Positions 62,686-64,000 of a stretch of 64,000 bases of DNA are shown one piece after another. Within the stretch, counting starts at the first letter, position 1. Each line of letters opens with the position of its first letter. The notes below the pieces were generated by a model. It had not been told where the DNA came from and made no database searches. It worked only from the letters and a program-made list of their open reading frames with translations. The stretch comes from Okamejei kenojei (Eukaryota), in contig CM069159.1 in assembly GCA_035221665.1 (NCBI GenBank), forward strand, positions 18,290,001 to 18,354,000, in the 5' to 3' direction. Position numbers and translations under genes: made by a program.

Positions 62686-62762
62686 TTCTGAAGAAGGGTC
62701 ACCCATTCCTTCTCTCCAGAGATGCTGCCTGTCCCGCTGAGTCACTCCAGCTTCTTGTGTCT
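62686..62762 (+). mobile_element. Hammerhead-family short element with the core internally deleted
   Basis: CTGAAGAAGGGTC is joined directly to ACCCATTCC, a GTC-to-GTC deletion that removes GACCCGAAAC. Confidence 0.75.
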
Positions 62763-63532
62763 CACTACTCTTCTAACATCTATGGACATGGACCACCAAG
62801 GTTTGTCACATGTTGAGAAACTCGTTATGTTTTTCATTGTATTATCAGCACAAAATGTCACATAACTTTAAATATCATTTGCATGTCCATGTTTTCCCTT
62901 TGATTTGTATGGTTGAATATCAGTCAATAGTTGGATCTCAATCAAGAGATAATTAATGTTAGCATTAGTTGCGAACAAATTACTTGCTTAAATATTTAAT
63001 CTTTTGTGTGTTTAATGGGCAATTGATGCACAATTACGAACATCACAAATTTCACAACCAGGCTAAGGATGGATCAGCACAAATCCCCCAGAGGTTTATT
63101 GAATGTTGAAGACTAGGGGTTTGTGCATTTAGAATTGGTGAACACTGTCCAGTTTCTGTCATTTTGCATTCTGATATAACAATAATTTAGACTTCAAATA
63201 GATGATTTGCCAGCGAACAGAAGTTGTTTATCCAAGGCTGAAAGACTGTATGGATAGTGGAATGAAAGTCCAATGTTTCACTCCTTGGAAACTTATTTTG
63301 TTCCTTTTGTGGCAAATCGATGAAGTCCCCATTGCTATCTAAAATCTAGATTGGCCTTAAAATACCTTACAACCATTAAGTTTAGCCTCAAGAATGTTGT
63401 CTTTTGCAATACCATGCATTATTTACGTCCCATCCACATCTTGACAGGGTTTATTTTGTTTTGTTTTTCTCCTCTAGACCTTTAGCAGCTTCTCTTCCTT
63501 CATTAAATACCATTGAAGAAAGAAGGAAAAAC

Positions 63533-63842
63533 TTGTTTAGCTTAGAGATACAGCGCGGCAACAGGCCCTTTGGCCCAAAGAGGCCGCACCGACCAGCGAT
63601 CCCCGCACACTACCACTGTGCTACACACACAAGGGATAATTTACAATTCATACCTGAGCCAATTAACCTACAAACCTGTACCTCTTTGGAATGTGGGAGA
63701 AAACTGGAGCACCCGGAGAAAACCCATGCAGGTCACGGGGAGAACGTACAAACTCCGTACAGACAGCACCTGTAGTTAGGATTGAACCTGGAATTCTGGC
63801 ACTGTAAGGCAGCAACTCTACTGCTGCACCACCATGCTCCCC
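63533..63842 (-). mobile_element. HE1-like V-SINE
   Basis: Full consensus on the reverse strand. Confidence 0.85.
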
Positions 63843-63905
63843 TGTTATTTTGCCTCTTACTATTTGGGCATGTGATTCTCATTGGGAATTATTTTGGGCA
63901 ATATT

Positions 63906-64000
63906 GGGGATGGCACAGTGTTGCAGCTGGTAGAACCCACTGCCTCGCAGAGACCCTGGCTCAATCCTGACCTCGGGTGCAGTCTGTATGGAGTTTGCAC
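63906..64000 (+). mobile_element. HE1-like V-SINE 5' part (runs off the window)
   Basis: GGCACAGTGTTGCAGCTGGTAGA..GGCTCAATCCTGACC..GGAGTTTGCAC. Confidence 0.75.

Noticed and set aside
6458-62762. Recurring GATGCTGCCTGTCCCGCTGAGTTACTCCAG repeats as a CRISPR array, or as coding RDAACPAELLQ peptides
   Set aside because: The copies are dispersed on both strands with no regular spacers, there are no cas genes, and the context is eukaryotic. The peptides are incidental translations of the repeat.
20579-64000. Next IgLON exon (expected C...V.RVAWLNRS) or exon 1a
   Set aside because: No matching peptide is visible in the ORF track or by eye. The gene's introns are evidently larger than the window.

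Overview
Vertebrate genomic DNA, AT-rich and repeat-dense. The repeat content (HE1/V-SINE-type SINEs, HER1/CR1 LINEs, Deu-domain SINEs) points to a cartilaginous fish, probably a skate or ray; this is inference only. The only host coding sequence I can support is one exon of an IgLON-family neural cell-adhesion gene (neurotrimin/OPCML-type exon 1b, 20400-20578, + strand). It has an internal splice acceptor at 20494 and is followed by more than 43 kb of intron. The rest is non-coding sequence filled with CR1 fragments, tRNA-derived SINEs, an L1 3' end, Rex/Babar-type tails, PIF/Harbinger and pogo-like MITEs, and Penelope-like element (PLE) remnants. The most striking signal is a dispersed family of about 25-28 short PLE-derived elements. 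The better-preserved copies carry a minimal type I hammerhead ribozyme motif (CTGAAGA-A-GGGT-CTCG-ACCC-GAAA-C-GTC). Several are inverted (fold-back) pairs, and two young copies have clean target-site duplications. Repeat boundaries were read by eye and are approximate unless stated otherwise.
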